DNA of 64,000 nucleotides, taken from positions 1,248,001 through 1,312,000 of the forward strand of contig OZ242311.1 of NCBI GenBank assembly GCA_965207885.1, given 5' to 3'. Below the pieces are notes generated by a model. The model had not been told where the DNA came from. It did no database searches and was given only the letters and a program-made list of their open reading frames with translations. This document shows positions 61,170 to 64,000 of the stretch, one piece after another. The DNA is from Candidatus Latescibacterota bacterium (GTDB taxonomy: Bacteria > Latescibacterota > UBA2968). Numbering within the stretch: position 1 is the first letter of the stretch; each line of letters starts with the position of its first letter. The translations under genes were made by a program, and so were the position numbers.

Positions 61170-62635
61170 TAGTTTTCGCTTTCCCGCACAAATAATGCCA
61201 ATGCGCGATTCAGCGCGCCAGCATATCCGATGCGATCTATATTGGGTCCAATCAGAGCTGTCAAAATCGCTTCGGCCCAATCTCGATAGCGCGGCATCTT
61301 CGTATGCACAAAAAGCCGCATAAAAACCTGCGCCGCTACGCCATTTCCCGAAGGCAGCCACCGATCAATAGCGGGCGAGAGCGCGACATCAACCTCGGGC
61401 ATTCGGTCACTCAAAGCGCCCGAAGAATCGGCAAAAACTGTCATAATCCGATCTGCATGCGCCCGCGCAAATAACAAATCGGCCTCGCGTTCCTGCACCT
61501 CAAACAAATCGAGAGCAGCGCGGATGATTAAAACCTGATCCAGCAAAAAACGAGGTGTATTCAAAGATCGCGCGTGGGCAAATAGACTATCATCCTGTAC
61601 AAATCTCATCTTAACTGTTTCAAAAATTCGTCGCCCAGCATCTAAAAAACGCCCCTCTCGAGTTTCGAGAAACGCCGCGCACAAACCCGAAATTGCCAGT
61701 GCATTCCAGCCCGAATAAATCTCTGCATCTCGCAATACATTTCCCGCCTGATCTCGAAAGCCAGCCAGCCCGGCCCCCAACAAAATATCGCCAGATACGG
61801 CAAATTGTTCGAGCACCGCATCGGCCAGATCGCGGGACAAATTTACCCGTGCAAACGCCCGCAGTAATTGGGCATTGACCGCCATGTGTTTTTCCGCATC
61901 AATCACAGGCCCGCGATGCGTTAATACCCCCAATACATAAACGCCGTCTGTATCGCGCCGTGCGCTGTGTGCAAAATTGATCAAAGGCGAATCAATACCC
62001 GCTTCTGCAAGCGCGAGAAGACCTTCGGGACCTGGATCAAAACCGCTTTTTATCACCGATTTCAAACTGTCGCGCACGCGGTGCAAAAGCGCTGCGCTCG
62101 GACTGATACGAGGGCGCGGATCTTTCTTTTTATCGCGTTCTACTCGCCGCTTCAACTCTGCCCGCTGCACCTCGAGCCTGACGAGCCTATCGGGATTGTC
62201 GTACAAAATTTGCACCCACCGCAACAGATCTATCATATCATCGGGATCGAGATAGGTGCTGCCCGTGATCCATTGTCCATCGGGCGTTAAAAAAGAGAGT
62301 GATGGAACCCCACCCAGACCAAAACGCTCAAATAAATCGGGTCGTTGATCGGCATCAACCCATATTGGCAGAGTGTAACGGGCAACCGCCCGTGCAATTT
62401 CTGAATCTTCAAAACACCGCGCTACCAGATCGCGGCACCAACCCGATCGCTGCGTATAAAAAAATAACAAAATGGGACGCCCGAGGATTCGGGCAGAATC
62501 TCTTTGGCTCCATGTCCGCCAGTTTATGCTTCCGCCATCCAACGCCGTTACATCTAATTTTGCCATCTCATTTCCCCCACCACATGCACCAGATAAAAAC
62601 CCAAGCACGAGTGCGATCCATATATTTTTTCGCAA
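61169..62635 (-). CDS. Thioredoxin-like DUF255 / YyaL-like protein, probable lipoprotein
   Basis: LSGAC lipobox-like sequence; INWRTW, VDADQRPD, GWNALAI and PSGNGVA motifs; start codon uncertain. Confidence 0.7.
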   Translation of the reverse strand: MRKNIWIALVLGFLSGACGGGNEMAKLDVTALDGGSINWRTWSQRDSARILGRPILLFFYTQRSGWCRDLVARCFEDSEIARAVARYTLPIWVDADQRPDLFERFGLGGVPSLSFLTPDGQWITGSTYLDPDDMIDLLRWVQILYDNPDRLVRLEVQRAELKRRVERDKKKDPRPRISPSAALLHRVRDSLKSVIKSGFDPGPEGLLALAEAGIDSPLINFAHSARRDTDGVYVLGVLTHRGPVIDAEKHMAVNAQLLRAFARVNLSRDLADAVLEQFAVSGDILLGAGLAGFRDQAGNVLRDAEIYSGWNALAISGLCAAFLETREGRFLDAGRRIFETVKMRFVQDDSLFAHARSLNTPRFLLDQVLIIRAALDLFEVQEREADLLFARAHADRIMTVFADSSGALSDRMPEVDVALSPAIDRWLPSGNGVAAQVFMRLFVHTKMPRYRDWAEAILTALIGPNIDRIGYAGALNRALALFVRESEN

Positions 62636-62776
62636 AACCTGACCAACAGTACATAAATTTTGTAAAAAAAAATATGGAACTCGCTGCATGGGAAAACGTC
62701 TAAACCGTTCAAAAAAGGCTTGACACATGGGAAGGATTTGCTGAAGTTCTAAAATACTTCAAAAACGGGGAAAAGC

Positions 62777-63040
62777 CTATTGAGGCGCGAATTTTTCTAT
62801 TGGGATAGCTTCGTCGATCAACATAATGGGAATCGCGTCCCGAATGGGATATAAAAAGACGCGATCTTCGCGCACCAAGCCGCCATCAATTGGCTGTTCA
62901 ATTTTTTGTCCGCCCCGGTTTTTAACCTCGCCTTTTTCAATCGCGCTGTTGATGGTGTCAATCAGCGGTTGATCGGCCAATTTTACGGGCGTTTTGTTCT
63001 CTGGACAGGCCAAAATATCGAGTAAATCCCGATCAATCAC
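62777..63040 (-). CDS. Trm112-family protein
   Basis: LLDILACP and YPIRDAIPIMLIDEA motifs. Confidence 0.88.
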   Translation of the reverse strand: MIDRDLLDILACPENKTPVKLADQPLIDTINSAIEKGEVKNRGGQKIEQPIDGGLVREDRVFLYPIRDAIPIMLIDEAIPIEKFAPQ

Positions 63041-63344
63041 GGTTCTCTCCCTTCATCAATCACAAACTCGTGGTTTGAAAATAGTCAACACGCGAGTCTC
63101 AAACAAGCGGTTTTTTTGATTTTATCTCACCATTAATCAGGAAATTTGTCTATCGCATCACCGCTAAAGCGCTTTTTTTACATCAGTAAAATCCCATCGG
63201 CTATTTGTCCGATATCCGAGATGTGTCTGCTTTAGCGCGCGATGTTAGAATGCCCCCCGGTTGGCGGCGCGTTCACACGCGCTCACGGCCGGGTTTTTTC
63301 ATATCTTGCAGGCTTTCCGGCTAATTCTATAAAGGAGAATCCCC

Positions 63345-64000
63345 ATGAAACACCGCCTTCTCACCCTGTTCACACTTGGTATTGGCCTGCTCAGCACCCC
63401 TGCTTATGCAACGCCAGAAAGCCATGCCGCAGCCACTTTTTTGTTATTCGCACCATCGGCTCGCGCAGCGGGTATGGGCAATGCGTATGTCGCTATTGCC
63501 GATGACGCCAATGCCACGTACTACAATCCCGCCGCGCTGGCCTCATTACAAATTCACAGTCTCAGCACCACCCTTTACAAACCCGTTCCCCGACTGGCCA
63601 GCGACATCTTTTCGTCATTCGGTGCTTACACACACCCGTTTAGTGATATTGGCAATCTGGGATATAGCCTCATTTATAGTTCTTTGGGCGAACAACAACG
63701 CACCGATGAAGAGGGAAATCTTTTAGGTACATTTAAGAGCTACGGCATGGCCCTGGGCGTATCTTATGGCACGCATCTCTTCAAAAACCTGGCCCTGGGC
63801 ATCACAGTTAAATTCATCTATGAACATCTCTCCGACACAGGTGCAGGTATTGAGCAAGGCAAAGGTACAGCGACTTCTTTTGCCGGAGACATAGGTCTCA
63901 TGTGGGCAGCCACAGATCGGCTTAGCTTCGGCAGTGTGTTGCACAATGTTGGCCCAAACATGACTTTTATCGATGCCGATCAGGCAGATCCACTGCCACA
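63345..64000 (+). CDS. PorV/PorQ-family outer-membrane beta-barrel protein; runs off the window
   Basis: Not in the ORF track. AAGGAG RBS; signal peptide MKHRLLTLFTLG..., then FLLFAPSARAAGMGNAYVAIADDANATYYNPAAL. Confidence 0.82.
   Translation, partial: MKHRLLTLFTLGIGLLSTPAYATPESHAAATFLLFAPSARAAGMGNAYVAIADDANATYYNPAALASLQIHSLSTTLYKPVPRLASDIFSSFGAYTHPFSDIGNLGYSLIYSSLGEQQRTDEEGNLLGTFKSYGMALGVSYGTHLFKNLALGITVKFIYEHLSDTGAGIEQGKGTATSFAGDIGLMWAATDRLSFGSVLHNVGPNMTFIDADQADPLP

Overview
This is a bacterial chromosomal window. A PorV/PorQ-type barrel at the right edge, plus expanded PhyH, sulfatase, FGE and repeat-protein families, suggests an uncultured FCB-superphylum lineage (Latescibacterota/Gemmatimonadota-like). 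That taxonomy is inference only. There are five blocks. (1) 1-9056 holds housekeeping genes: glnE, a P-II gene, an aminotransferase and glgB. (2) About 9057-18290 is an AT-richer accessory island with secreted repeat proteins, an FGE-domain protein whose C-terminus resembles a DGR variable region, one intact IS3 plus IS3 remnants, toxin-antitoxin pairs, an Rpn C-terminal fragment and two sigma54-type promoters. (3) 18368-37483 holds catabolic and transport genes: LarA-like, two PhyH, sulfatase, SSS, clan GH-A hydrolase, beta-helix protein, aldolase, DegT, NCS2 and UxuA-like. (4) 37499-57934 is a ~20 kb minus-strand aromatic amino acid superoperon: trpE-G-D-oxidoreductase-trpC-F-tyrS-aldolase-trpB-A-CM-aroF-tyrA-'half aroA'-small ORF-aroE-ubiE-hyp-argS-aroK-aroB-purF. 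(5) 58013-64000 holds envelope genes. The strongest finding is an unannotated 33-codon leader peptide (MNAFATYFWYFWRRFDGRYYY...) with a terminator and antiterminator, which looks like one attenuator sensing Tyr, Phe and Trp together. The second is a single-domain, catalytically degenerate EPSP-synthase homolog at the aroA position. All calls come from reading motifs by eye; no database searches were run.
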